A DNA stretch of 64,000 bases from Callorhinchus milii (taxonomy: Eukaryota). Below the pieces are notes generated by a model. That model was given only the letters and a program-made list of their open reading frames with translations. It was not told where the DNA came from and searched no databases. Positions 12,570 to 25,035 of the stretch are shown piece after piece. Position numbers and translations under genes: made by a program. Numbering within the stretch: the stretch's first letter is position 1; every line of letters begins with the position of its first letter. Location: positions 186,001 to 250,000 of the forward strand of contig NW_024704761.1 of the NCBI RefSeq assembly GCF_018977255.1, written 5' to 3'.

Positions 12570-13379
12570 TATAACACAGCCCCTGACCACCTTCTGTGTA
12601 GGGAAGATGTCCATTCATAAGTTAAAAAGTGTCCTCTTGTCCTGCTGCCTTGGCCTTTGTTGGTAATATATTAAAGAACATAAACACCAAGCCTAGGCTA
12701 AAGAGTGGGACCTGCACAGATTTCACAATTTATGTTTCTCGTTTAGTAAACATGTTATAAGTTCTTTAAGAAACTTTTTTATGCTGTTGTTTTTGAACAA
12801 GCTAATATTGCAAACTGGGCTCCATTTCCCCATGAGATGGGACTTGCTGCCGACTTTACACAACACAAAGCTCTAATGTACTATTGATGAGCTGATGTTT
12901 GTAACATGTTGGTACAGCACATCAGAGAACTCTGGCCATATGTTTCTGTTCCTTGGGTAAAGCGTTGAATTACTCATTAAGTGCCACCTGTCCTGTTTAA
13001 ACTCTACTTGCCTTGCGGAGGAACTTCAACCAGCACATCTTGGCCCACACTGTGCTCACCCTCAGGTGCTGTGTAACCAGGTGACACAGAGTGTGATCCA
13101 CACTTATCACAGCTTGTAGGTGAAGTGGATCCAATATGCATTAGTTCCCATTGAGCATTAAGTCTATTTTTTTTCCATAGAAATTTAGAAGAACTTGCAT
13201 TTCCAGTCTAGTGTCAGAAACAGCTCCTAGCATTTGACAGTAGTCATTGTCAAGTACAGTGACTGATTTTGCAAGGAAACATAACAGTCATTTTACACAA
13301 GCAAAGGTCCCACAAGGCCATGAGCTGGGTGATCGATTTTACGTGGAGGAATGTTTGTTGCTTGATATCCTAGGGCGAA

Positions 13380-13628
13380 TAAATGGAGTTTCAGAAAGTG
13401 GGGGCAGATATGCTGAAAGCCTGATTATCAATAAAGCAATGGACAGGGCAGGGGATGTGAAGGAGTGAGTGGGTTGGTTTGGTTTTAGGTCATAGGGATA
13501 GGGTGGGGCAAGGCCGTGGAGGGATTTGAAAGTGACAAGGATCTTGAACTCAGATCCTGGGGAATGGAGAGCCAGTGGAGCCGGCCGAGGATGGGGGTGA
13601 TGGGCTCATGGAGCCTAGTGTGGGACCT
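13380..13628 (-). mobile_element. L2 LINE ORF2 fragment
   Basis: Reverse strand encodes ...PITPILGRLHWLSIP..(I)EFKILVTFKSLHGLAP. Confidence 0.85.
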
Positions 13629-13875
13629 TCTTCATCCAAACTCTCCTGTGAGCTTGTGATAAACTAGTCATTGTTATTTAGAATGTACTGAGGGAATAAT
13701 CATTCTTTGCAGATCTATTTCTGTACGTCTTGTCATTGTTATTTGTTAGAAAGCCACATTCATGAATGGAACAATTCAATTAGTTTAAAAAAAACTGTCT
13801 TGATTTATTGGCAAGTAGTTTCAACATCGCAAATCACATTCAATTCCATTAGAGGCCATTAAACAATGTAAATTG

Positions 13876-14335
13876 AGGGATTCCTTGATGACTCAACAGG
13901 TTTATCAAATAACTAGGTGAGTCATACAAACTGGGAAACCTCATGTTTTTCCTCCAGTTGATGTTGAGTTAGTCAATTGTCATCCATGTTGGTGATGGGG
14001 ATACAACTGGCCTCAGTGCTTCAGAATAGAGTCACGAAAATCATCCAGAATTTCCAATCAATATCCAAATTCCTGTTGGAAAGTATGTATGGGTGGGCGG
14101 CAAGGAAGGTATTTTTCACCCACGAATTAAACAGTCAATTTACTTCACAGTATATTCTGTGAAGTGCTTTGAGACTTCTCAACAACGTTACAAGGCGCTA
14201 TATCAAATGCAAGGATTATTATTATAAGGAAGGGCAAGACAAGCGTTAACTACAATTCACCTGGCAGTCGAATAATCTGTCAACTCTTAGCGACAAGCAA
14301 GAATGATGCCCATTTGGTGGGATTACCACATTAGA
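13876..14335 (+). mobile_element. Old SINE-like element (family 3) interrupted by a SINE tail insertion at 14110-14225
   Basis: gttgagttagtc...tacaactggcctcagtgc...aaaatcatccag...gttggaaagtatgtatg. The inserted tail is flanked by AAGGAAGG at 14102-14109 and 14226-14233. Confidence 0.7.
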
Positions 14336-14344
14336 AGAAAAAAA

Positions 14345-14600
14345 ATTAATTAATCCTTGCATTTGATTGCGTAGAGTGGAGAAACTATGTATAGCCATAT
14401 CCCACAAAGAGCTAGGGCATGAATGATCAATCTAACTGGGGGATTGTTGGCCTGGACACATATAGAAACTCCCTTCTCTTTTTCAATAGTGTGCTGGGCA
14501 CTTTAACGACTGCCCGACCTTGGTTTAACGTGTCGTTAAAGGCATTAATATGGATGTAGTATCTAACAATCCAGCATTCCTCCAATGGATTCTCCACAAT
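14345..14600 (-). mobile_element. Deu-domain SINE fragment
   Basis: taatccttgcatttg...ggggattgttggcctggacac...aatagtgtgctgggcactttaacg...ttggtttaacgtgtc. Confidence 0.75.
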
Positions 14601-15164
14601 TGAACCAATAGATGTGCTGCTATTAACTGTAATTGATGTGTAACTCACATAGTTCTATACATTCGACAACAAAACACTTCATCCCGTTGCTGTGGGAGTG
14701 AGTGGGCTGCTTATTATATTCTTAAATTACTCATTAAAACGCATCGCTGGTTCGGCCTTTCAAATGCAAAATTCGTGATGAATTGCAAACTTAAACATAC
14801 CGGGACGCAAGACAATGTTAACACTTCCTTTCCCTGGCTCCCACACTCGCACAATTCCAAAACAATGAGTCATCAGCTGGGTTGCAGACACCTGGCTTTA
14901 TGAGATGATAAATGTTACCTTGCCCATGTGGATGAGGAGCAATCCTCCCTTGTGACAAGTGGGGTTTTCGCGCTGGTTTGAATCTATTCTCATTTCTCCC
15001 ACTCCTTTGCTCTGACTGGTACTCATTTCGCTCATAATGCCTCTCCCAGCCCAGATTGTTTGCACCAGTCTAGGGGAAGGTTGACTTGCCCATTTTTATT
15101 CTTGAGGCTGGTTACCTGCTATAAATCACTGATTAGTGTATTGTTTAATGTATCATAGCATATT

Positions 15165-15405
15165 ACATAGAGTTAGAGTGGCACAGGCCAGTCATCCCAA
15201 CTAGTCCACGTCAGTGTTTATACTCCACACAAGCCTGATCTGCCTCCTATTCTCTTCTTATTGCTTTCTATTCCCTTCTCCTTCATGTGTGCATCAAGTT
15301 CTCTTCAATACATCAAAGGCTTTTTGCTTCAATCACAGTTTCCACCAGCAAGTTCCACATTCTCGCCACCCTCTGCGTCAAGAATTTCTTTCTAAACTCC
15401 CTAAA
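15165..15405 (-). mobile_element. CR1 LINE 3' fragment
   Basis: agttccacattctcgccaccctctgcgtcaagaatttctttctaaactcc, the reverse of the CR1 FFTQRVVRMWN motif. Confidence 0.8.
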
Positions 15406-15469
15406 TACACACGCAGTCACACCACTTCATCAGCTCCTGTCCTCCACCTAATTTTTTCCTTTGTCTTTC

Positions 15470-15625
15470 TTTCTCCTCCCCCTTCTGTTTTTGCTATAAA
15501 CTGCTTCCTTCCTACATGCCCCAGTTCTGACGAAAGGTCATCAACCTGAAACGTTAACTCAGGTTTCTCCGTAGATGCTGCCTGACCTGCTGAGCTTTCG
15601 CGGCGCCGGCTGTTTTTATTTTAGC
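15470..15625 (+). mobile_element. Penelope-like element terminal fragment with minimal hammerhead motif
   Basis: cagttCTGACGAaaggtcatcaacctGAAACGTTaactc...agatgctgcctgacctgctgag...ctgtttttattt, the typical chondrichthyan Penelope-type end as I recall it. Confidence 0.75.
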
Positions 15626-16439
15626 ATTAGTCATTCCGTTTGACACGGCCACCATTTACCGATTTGTTTGTACATTTACTTACGTATAGCTTCCTTCCTT
15701 TATGCCTCCTTCATTGCTCATGTCAAGGATCACCAAGATAGCATGCTGCTGATCTTCTTGGCGTTAAGGGATGGACAAAGCAGGGTTCAAGATAGACCTT
15801 CTATCCTCTCTTGAGAGGCAGCATTACAGACTCTACTTGACCAGGAAGTGGCCTTGCATCAGATTGTGGGGTGATATGGCTCCACCATTGCCCCATTGAA
15901 AGTGAAGAAGATTTGCACTTGGAATGTTCCCAACACTTGATTTATTCAACAGCTCCATTCATATCCCCAAAGAGGATTACAAGGCCAATATCACATGAGT
16001 CATTCCTTGCTCCTTTATGAATGGCATCCTGCGCTGGCAAGAACAACACAATGATGACTAGCATTGAGATCAAATTCAACTCAGAATGCTGCCTGTACCA
16101 CTGCAGACAAGACATCCAATTAGGTTTCCTTTGGAGATTTCAAAAGACTTTTATAATCTGGGTCGACATGGATAAGGTTATCATGTTGAGCTACAACTGG
16201 GCAAATGTATGATTCATTAACAGGTGCAAAGGGATGAGAGTACATTTGTAAGGAAGCTCTCTGTGCTTCATTGTAATATCATGCTAATATCATTGGTATC
16301 TCTGCAGATTTAAACAGCGTCACTTGATGCAACTTGGACATTCCCGACAAGTTCTGAACTCTTCAGGGCAGTTGGAATAATTTGATAGAACATCTGTAAC
16401 GCCAAAATGTTTCATGGTTATTCCTGTGAATTGACTGTA

Positions 16440-16853
16440 GTTGAACTTGTAGCTACTTGGTAGCACTTTCATCTCCGAGTCAGAAGGTTATGGATTCAAG
16501 CTCCACATTGGGTAATTAAATTTACATGGTCTAAGATGACATTCCAAAGCAGTGCTAGGGATGTGCTGCACTGTTGGAGGTGTTGTTCTTCAGATAAGGC
16601 ATTAAACCGAGATCCCAACTGCCTGTTCAACCAGACATTAAAGATCCAATTGACACTATTCGAAAAGAGAAGTTTCTGCTTGTGACCAGTAAATTCCCCA
16701 GAAAGAATTGGTCAATCACTTCATGGGTGTTTGTGGGTCATTGCTTTGTGCAAATTAGTCACTTGCAAAAATAGTCATTTTACAGTCAATCCTTTGAAGC
16801 ACTTTGAGACGTCCTCCTGGCGCTATACCAAATGCAAGGATTGTTATTATTTT
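16440..16853 (+). mobile_element. Deu-domain SINE, near full length
   Basis: tRNA-like head ttggtagcac..gagtcagaaggttatggattcaagc, Deu domain ttaaaccgagatccc..attaaagatcc, shared tail. Confidence 0.85.
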
Positions 16854-18399
16854 AACTGTAGACACAATAAATGTAACATGAGGGAAGCTTTAACCCTCGA
16901 CGAACAGTGTGACATACAAAGGAAGAGGTGAAAAGCAAGGTTCGCCCTCCATTATCAGCTTTCATCCTCTAATAAGCCTAAAAGAGAAATAATAAGCTGG
17001 AAATAAACAGGAAGTGTTAACCTTTTAAAAGAGATTCTCTGGGTCTCACACTTAAGCTGACTCGGCTTCTCTGTTTATTCCAACCCGGCACAAACTTGCC
17101 GCCTGCATTCCTTTACAAGGAAGGCGAAGATCCGGCAGTAATTTTAATGAGTTCACACGGTGTCTGTGTTTATAACTGTGCTGTTAAAATAATTCACTAA
17201 GCTTTGTGTGTCACAATAAACCTTTTCGCCCACAAGTTGCCATGACACGGAGGTTCGTAGATGATTGCAAAATCTTGGTTACGCAGGTGGGCTGGCAAGG
17301 TGGGGGGGTGGGGTGGAGATAATCGACTCTGAATGTCTGCTAATTGATATGCATACAGCTTAAAGTGACGTCATTTACAGAAGGACTTGCAGGTGTGAAG
17401 ATCTATCGCTCATACGATAACCGAACCTCACAAGCAAACAGAAGCATCTTTGTCATACGCGGTTTAAATTATTTTTTTTGATGCAGGACCATTTAAGTTA
17501 CACGATAATCTTTTTTTTTGCATTTGTTACATTTCTGCGTTTTGCATTATTTTAGGTTAACACTTTCCCAACACATTTACAATACTGAGTGCAGATATGA
17601 GGTATCTTACCTTTATATGAGACACTGAAGCACTGGGGAGGGTTTCGGGGAGAGAGACACATAGAACGTCTTTTGTTATGAGTAAAAGATCGAGGAGCTA
17701 AACTTGTTTTCATTACCAGAAAGATTTAAAGTGGACAAGATGTAGAGAGTTTGATTCTAAACCAACCAAATCCTGCTCCTATTTGCTGCCTGATGATTGT
17801 ACCAACAATAAGGTTAATATGACACATTCAGTGCCCAAAGTTTTTCATTCTCTAAATTGCACAGTCATTCAACTAAAATATTTAATTATGTAAAAAAATG
17901 AACAGCTCTCATTGTTCGGTGATCAAACAATCATTTGAACCCTGGTAAATCAATGCTTTCTGAAAGCAATGCACATCAAGGCCAAATACAGTGTTCATTT
18001 CAGTTAGATGTCACCTCGGCAGAGAGCTCAGCTTCAGATCCACAAGCCTAATGTTGATGTTGAACACTGCTATTATTCAGTCGTATGGTCCAAGATTTGT
18101 GGACGCGACTTTAACTTAAATTATTTGATCTGATACTTTTCAAGATTTACATCACCCAACAGACCTGCTCTTGTAATAAGTTTTTTTNAAACACGTCTGC
18201 AGAATAAGACAGTTTCAGAGTAGTATAATTAACTAGTACGTAAATCACAGTCTCAGCTTTCTCAATAACAGTGGGGGGTGTTGTTTCAGTTGACAAGCAC
18301 AAACTCAACAGAATATGACTCTTCTGCTTTGATTTTAAAAGCTTCCCCCCCCCCCCCCACCCTCCTAAGAAATTTCAATGCATTAAACAGCAGTAATTA

Positions 18400-18660
18400 A
18401 CATGCAAGCTTGCACTAGTTGTCCAAAGGCACAGATGAAGAGACGGGTTTTTAAGGAAGCTTTTGAAGGCAGCGAGAGAGAGAGGCAAAGAGGCAAAGTG
18501 GGTTTGGAAGAGAGTTTCAGAGACAGTGGCAATAGTGGTTGAAGGTCCAGCCACCAATGATGGACAAAGGCAACAACAACAAAAACAACTAGGATTTATA
18601 TAGCACCCTCCACGCCGGATGGCATCTCAGAGCTTCACAGTAATGGATCCCCAGTCACTG
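18400..18660 (-). mobile_element. L2 3' fragment plus SINE/L2 tail
   Basis: gggtttttaaggaagcttttgaaggcagcgagagag..ggtttggaagagagtttcagag (reverse of the L2 FKSFLK end), and caacaac tail. Confidence 0.75.
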
Positions 18661-18696
18661 GGGAGTGAGCAATAATAACCATCATAATCCTTGCAA

Positions 18697-18832
18697 GAAC
18701 ACAAAATACTGCAGATGCTGGAAATCTGAGAAAAATACAGAGAGAGGTGGGAACACTCAACAGGTCAGGCAGCATCTATGGAGAAAGGAAAGTGAGTCAA
18801 CGTTTCAGGTCCACGACCCTTCGTCAAAACAC
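18697..18832 (-). mobile_element. Penelope-like terminal fragment inserted into a SINE tail
   Basis: aaaatactgcagatgctggaaatctga...caggtcaggcagcatct...aacgtttcaggtccacgacccttcgtca. Flanked by near-duplicates atcataatccttgca / atcataattcttgca. Confidence 0.8.
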
Positions 18833-19964
18833 GACCCTTTGTTATATCATAATTCTTGCATTTGATGTAGCGCTTTATCATGTTGTTGATACGCAAACGG
18901 ACATCTTGAAGCTGCAAATCAAGTCTATCTGTAGGAAAGCAGAGAGAGTCTCTTTGAAAGAAACACGCTTCTACAAACCGGGATGTGACAGTGAACAAAT
19001 GTGATTTAAATTGGCTAAGCTGTTCAGATTCTGAGCAGGTCACCCAGATCATTTTATGGAGAAGCTTATTTGCATTTCTTCACTCTCATGTTGCGCTGAG
19101 CACATCTAATGAAAGCACACAGCAGTTTTCCTTTCTCTGATCACTTTCAAAATAATGCTTTGAAAACCACTCTTGATATACACACACACACAGAACTTAC
19201 TGTTGTTTAGTTGGGGGAAAGCAGGGTTATACACCAACTCTCTCCAACAGTAATGTTTTGCATTATTTCCTTTTGTTTTTCTGCGTTTTCTTGATGTCTT
19301 GTATGTACAACACAAAACAATCATCCCATCTTTAATCCCAGAAACTACGGATTGTGATGTAAAGGTGAACAGCACAAGTTTGCTATTTCTTGAATTCCAG
19401 GGATAAAACGAAAGCAGTTTTTTTAACGATACATTCTCTCTGAAGGCTGGCACTTATTGAATCAGATCCAGTACTTTTTAATAGGTAAGTCATTTTCAGT
19501 TTTGGAGCTCTATGGCAACTTGTAAGGGTAAACAATGCTTTTTCTCTCTCTCGCAAATGAGATATTTGAAATTGCCAGTGTCAACACACTGACCCAGTTC
19601 AGAGATGATTTTGTTTATATACTTGTAATCATTTCACACATCTGTCGTTGCCCACTCTCTCACTAAATCCTGGCAGCCTTCAGCACAAGCAGCATGCTCA
19701 TACACTCAAGGTCAACATTCAATAAAGGAATACTGGAATGGGATTAGAACTTCAAATAGTGCAAGGTCATCAGTCAAAGATATTACACATGTTTGTGATC
19801 AGAAGTTACAAAACAAGCACAACTCATTGGATCTCATCCTTCCAGAATGTCATCCTATTGGTCTCCCATTGCAGCATCAATGCCATTTCTTCAATGAATC
19901 AATGAATCCTAGCTCCTTCACCCTTCCTGGTAACCCAATTTAATCAATGGATTGCTCATTGACT

Positions 19965-20130
19965 TCATGGCCATTTGCAGGACTCTGTTGTGTGCAAATT
20001 GGCTGCTGGTTTTGCTTACAAAACAGTCATTACATTTTACAGTAATTCCCCTGAAGTGCTTTGGAATGTTCCCGTGACGTGAAAGGTGCTAATATGAAAT
20101 GCAAGGATTATTATTAATATTAATAATAAT
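19965..20130 (+). mobile_element. SINE tail inside a degraded CR1 (-) fragment
   Basis: gtgcaaattggctgct...ctgaagtgctttggaatgttcccgtgacgtgaaaggtgct..aaatgcaaggattatt. Flanks include ctgttccagctgttgattacactgtgtaaagag. Confidence 0.75.
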
Positions 20131-20939
20131 CTGTTCCAGCTGTTGATTACACTGTGTAAAGAGATGGTTCCTGGAATCTTCTCTAAACCCTGAATCTGCT
20201 GCCTTGGTGTAATTGGATTTTCAATATCATACCCTCGCATAATCCATACCCTCGCAAAGGCTCTCTCTAGATACCTAGCTCTATAGAGAACCTTTAGAAG
20301 GATATTTCCTTTCAAGGCTAAATTAGCTGCTGGGTTTGTACACAAACGTATCTCAGTCATTGCACCACTAAGTAAAATCCTATGAAGCACTTTGAGACAT
20401 TATGACAATGGGATAAGGCGTTATGTCCAATGCAAAAATGATTATTAATTATTAAATTATTATAAGCAGCCCTAACTTGACAAGCTAAGTCCTTGTGTCT
20501 CATCCCTCTAAACCTGATGATCAGCCTTGCTTTTCCCTCTGCATTGCCTCTGGGGTCTGGACACCCATGTTCCTTGTAGGCACTGTTTAATGGTTGAGTT
20601 TTGAATTTCGCACAGACACTTAATTGGCCAGAGTAACGAGTAAAGCCCACCATTCTAGAAGCCTTCGAAGTTGTCGTTGCTACTTTAGAGAGTGGCAATT
20701 ACAGAAAAGGGGGAATAATAATTCTCCTTCTCAACCAAAGTGAATTAGCACAACACAAACTCTCTGCATTTCTATCATGTCCAACGGCGAAGAGACATCA
20801 TTAGCTAAAACCAAAAGAACAACAAAGCATGCAGAGACCAGGTTTGCAGCTTTTAGTACAACATCTAATTGACTGTATTCTTTGTTAGTCCATAACTAGT
20901 ACAACATCGCATGCAGAATTCATACCGTGTATCTTTTTG

Positions 20940-21180
20940 GTCTGTTGCCTGTCTGACACATGCAGAAACCTATCGCCATGCTTAAGACTGAGAGTTCTAT
21001 GTATGCAAGCCGTCCAAACATGGACATTTTTCTGGGTCTGGGATGGAATGTGCACTATCTCCTTGTTTACCTCATTACGGAGATTATTCATAAAAGATTA
21101 CCGAAAACCAAGGCTTAGAGACCCCAGAGTGTGTGTTGGGGGAAACTGCTGGAGTCTAACCAGCCAAAACCACATAGCTT
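20940..21180. repeat. Unclassified dispersed repeat, copy 2
   Basis: Similar to 7425-7690 (see that feature). Confidence 0.75.
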
Positions 21181-21481
21181 GTCATTTGAGATTGCTGACC
21201 GACAATCTTCCTGCTGCTTACAACAACAACAAGATTCCATTTATAGAGCGCCATTCACGTCGGGAGGATGTCCCTGCTTAAAGCTAGGCTCAGGAACTAG
21301 ACCCTGAGATCGGCCACAGAGGGTTAACTGGATTCCAACGTTTGATTCCCAAGCACATCAACGTGGAACCAGTTCAGCTTCAAGGAGATCTCACTTCCCT
21401 CCCCACAACCGGGCTGCCAGTCCACCAGCCAAAGCCTCAGATACGGTAAACACAATGGACCTGGGTTTTCAACATTACATT

Positions 21482-21802
21482 GTGGAGTCCTGTAGCTCAG
21501 TGGTTAGAGCACTCGCTTTGCAAGTGAGAGACCTGAGTTCAATTCCAGGCAGAGGGTGAAACCTTGGGCAAGTTTCCTTACTCCACACAGAGCCTAATAA
21601 TAATCCCTTCAAAACCAAAAACAATAATAAATTGGTCATTTTTCAATCTACGACTGTTTGTGGGACATTGCTGTGCGCAATTGGCTGCCGCGTTCGCCCA
21701 CAAATATACAGTCAATTCACTTTACAGTGTGTTCTGTGAAGCGCTTTGGGGCATCCTCCCGATGTGAAAAGCGCTATATCAAATGCAAGGATTATTATTA
21801 TT
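21482..21802 (+). mobile_element. CORE-type tRNA-SINE, short variant, full length with TSD
   Basis: Head gtggagtcctgtagctcagtggttagagcactcgctttgcaagtgagagacctgagttcaattcc (A and B boxes). Tail ends (att)n. Flanked by ATTACATT at 21474-21481 and 21803-21810. Confidence 0.95.
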
Positions 21803-22517
21803 ATTACATTTTATGAAAAAACAGGCGCTTGCAGAAATAATAGAGTTAAGGAAGAAATTGTGATTAATTAAGAAACAGTCGGCTTCATATAATGTTTAGC
21901 AATATCTCTTACCAAACACAATAATATCTTCCCGGGGTTTGGAATCTGCAAAATTAATCACATCCATTAATTTATCACACTATTCCAAATGGCATTTGCA
22001 AAACAAAATAAAGAGCAGGCAGTGTGATTTATCACAAGTGTTCCGACAAGCAGGAGATGGTCATTTATTTTAACCAAGCTGCAGTATGTTATGCACATGT
22101 ACATTGTGATTCTAACCTCAACGCATTACAAAATATAATTATCAAGGGTTGCTGGGACACAGAAAACAGGGCCAAATGCAAGATATTATGTTTAAAAATG
22201 AATAGGTCGAGCTATAAGGAGTGCACAAAGCCGTGCACATTAAATATTTACACACAGTCCTTTGTTTACGCCATGCTGAATGATTAGATTTGCATAATAC
22301 AGAATCCAATTTATGATGCTATATCTAAGCCAACTCAAATGGTCGTTACCAGGAGTTATAAGGGTAAATGTTGTGCAGTCCTTCTGCAAATGAAAAATGG
22401 GGGAGGAGGGAGGCTATTAGAGTGGAGATCTGTACAGTAGTGATTACAGTAAGCACTCGTAGATACTACTCTGCGTGAGAGGCGCTATAGAAATTCAAGT
22501 GTTTTTGTAGTTGTTAA

Positions 22518-22860
22518 TGCGCTTGCTTTGCAAGCGAGAGAATCCAGGTTCGATTCCCAGATGGGGCAAAAACTTAGGCAAGTTTCCTTACTCCATCCAC
22601 ACCCCTCTGTTTACCTAGCGGTAAGTAGGAACCCGTTTGTTGGTTGATTGGCCTGTCACTTTCTGGGGATGAAAAAAAATGTGGTCGTTCAATCCACGAA
22701 TGTTTGTGGGACGTTCACCACTGTGTGCAATTGGCTGCCGTGTTTCGCTCACAAAATACACAATGAATTCACTTTACAGTATATTCTGTGAGGGGCGTTG
22801 AGACGTCTCAATGATGTGATAAGGCGCTGTATCAAATGCAAGGATTATTATTATTATTGT
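22518..22860 (+). mobile_element. CORE-type tRNA-SINE, long variant
   Basis: ccaggttcgattccc head, ggcaagtttccttactcc..ctctgtttacctagcggtaagtaggaaccc domain, tail aaatgcaaggattattatt. Confidence 0.92.
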
Positions 22861-22974
22861 TATGCTGGAGGGAAGGTGGGTTGGCTGTGGCACATCATCA
22901 TAATCAATTTTGCCTCGCCAGCCTTCTGTTCCACATTCTCTCACCCCTGTCTGTGAGGAGATATTTTCTGATGT

Positions 22975-23138
22975 GACCTGGATATAGGAACAGAGGGGAG
23001 TACATCCACGCCTGCCGATGACACAAAGCTAGGAGGCGTAATAAATTGTGAAGAGAGCAGAAAATTGCAAAAGGACACAGACAGATTAAATGAGTGGGTG
23101 GAATTATGGCAGATGGAGCTCAATGTAAGGAAAGTGCA
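22975..23138 (+). mobile_element. CR1 LINE reverse-transcriptase fragment
   Basis: DLDIGTEGSTSTPADDTKLGGVINCEESRKLQKDTDRLNEWVELWQMELNV (degenerate FADDTKLGG...WQMxFN). Confidence 0.9.
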
Positions 23139-24404
23139 GAACCGTACTGAGAACAAAAAATGCCATCAGGAGAGAAAGAAATCGTAGGAGGGAAAAAAAT
23201 AACTTCCACGAAAAACCATCACGCAAAAAATTAAAAATCTTATTCAGGGAGCAATCCTGGTGCGGAGGGAACTAGGTTTATGTCTTGTCAGGGATGCACT
23301 GAACAATACTGCACTCTCACTTTGAGGAGCAAAACCGTGTACAGTGAGTGAATTGAAGAAAATCTGAATGGATTCTTGCCACTGCAATTGCTTGTTAATT
23401 AAGTGATTATACGTCAGCCCCGAAGAATACAAAGACAGTGAGTAATCCTCAACAAAAGCTTTGTGTTCCTCAGTACGCATCAAACCCATCACCAGCAACC
23501 AGCCTTACAATTGGTTATTATGGAATTTAACCTCTGCTATCTACTACGCAACTCAGCAAATGTCTTAATTACCAGCCTACCATTAACTTTATGAACAATT
23601 GGATTCAATTAGCGAAAGCGAGAGGTAGATTTGCAAAGTCATGAACACAATAAGTACACACACACAAAAGCAGCAGGAAATATTTAAATCGCAATTCTTC
23701 TCAGATTCTGGAGTGGAAACTCAGAATAATGAAAGCGACAAGCCTAATGTATTTTTCATCGAATGCAGACAATGTTCAGTAATGGTGTGATGCTCGTGGC
23801 TGCTCCAGTGAATGACAATAAAGCACAAAAACTCGCATAACACTTTGATTCAGCAGAAAAGGCAAAGGGTTCTGCTGTCCCAACGCAAAAGGGTTCGCTT
23901 TTCAGGAGAGGAGTTATGCTTCTATGTTAGTGTTTTCTTGTAAATCGGTTTCAATCAGCATGTTTCAAACTAGTAGCTTGGATGACATTACACCAGAGAT
24001 ACAAATCAACTATATTTGACGTCTCTCTGTATCACAGGCTGTTCATCTCTGTGTTGATCTGTCTGCTTCCAACTCCTCTTAATCTCTGTAACTCCGAGCA
24101 CATTAATATACAATATATCATTTGGGCCTCTGATTTTCGGGCTTCATTAATTTAATTTTTCGGGTTTATTTTTAGCAATTTTTTTTGGCAACTGTAGATA
24201 GTTTATAAATCAGAGGCGGGGGTGGCGGGGGGGTGGAGCCGGTTTGTGGGTAATGTTCAGGACTTTCTTACTGTAATGACAGAGAAAACCTCACCACAGA
24301 GTTGAGGAACCTTTTCCGGTGTTTGTTGGCTAAACACCAATTTAATTTTTTTTGTATTGAGTTTTATGAGTGAAAAGCTCAGAAGCTCCACATGTAATCC
24401 AAAC

Positions 24405-24580
24405 ACCTGCCTAGTCCCGCCATTGTAATGTTAAAGTTCCCATGGCACTGTCAGAAAAGACAAGGGATGTTCTCCCCATGTCTTGGCCAAACAATCCCCC
24501 AAATAAAATTGGTTACTCACTTCACGGTTGTTTGTGGGCCAAAATTGGCCGCTGTATTTGCCTACAAATACAAAGTCACT
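24405..24580 (+). mobile_element. Deu-domain SINE fragment
   Basis: atgttaaagttcccatggcactgtcagaaaagacaagggatgttctccccatgtcttggcc. Confidence 0.8.
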
Positions 24581-24649
24581 AATGCAACAGAAGGTTTATG
24601 TTCACTGACTGGATAAGTATATGGTGCCTGCATCCGATCATACAGCACA

Positions 24650-25035
24650 ACATGCTGAGTCTTATCAAAGTGCTTCACAAGCAACTGCTGTTTAGTTAGT
24701 GATTGTTTTGTAAGCAAACATAGCAGATCATTTTTCCACGTCGCTGTCCACAAACAGCCATTGAGTGAATGCCCAATTTATCTGACAGATTGTTGGTTAT
24801 GAAACCAGTAAAAACTTCTTTCTCTTTCAAAATGGTGTCATGGAATCATTTAACATCCACCTGAATAGTCGGACAGGAACCTCGGTTTAGCATCTCTTCT
24901 GAAGGACAGCACCGCTGACAATGCAGCACTCCCCCAACATTACACTGGAGCGAGTAGAAACTCAACGTTTTGACGTGGTTCTTGAACCCACTGACTTCTG
25001 ACCCAGAGGCAAGAGTTATCAACCGAGTTGAGTTC
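24650..25035 (-). mobile_element. Deu-domain SINE, near full length
   Basis: tttaacatccacctgaatag..cctcggtttagcatctcttctgaaggacagcacc, and head cttgaacccactgacttctgacccagaggc. Confidence 0.88.

Noticed and set aside
21482-21550. tRNA gene (Ala-like) candidate, also at 39945-40013 and 62630-62689
   Set aside because: These are SINE heads: they continue into a SINE body and tail with TSDs and lack a proper acceptor stem.
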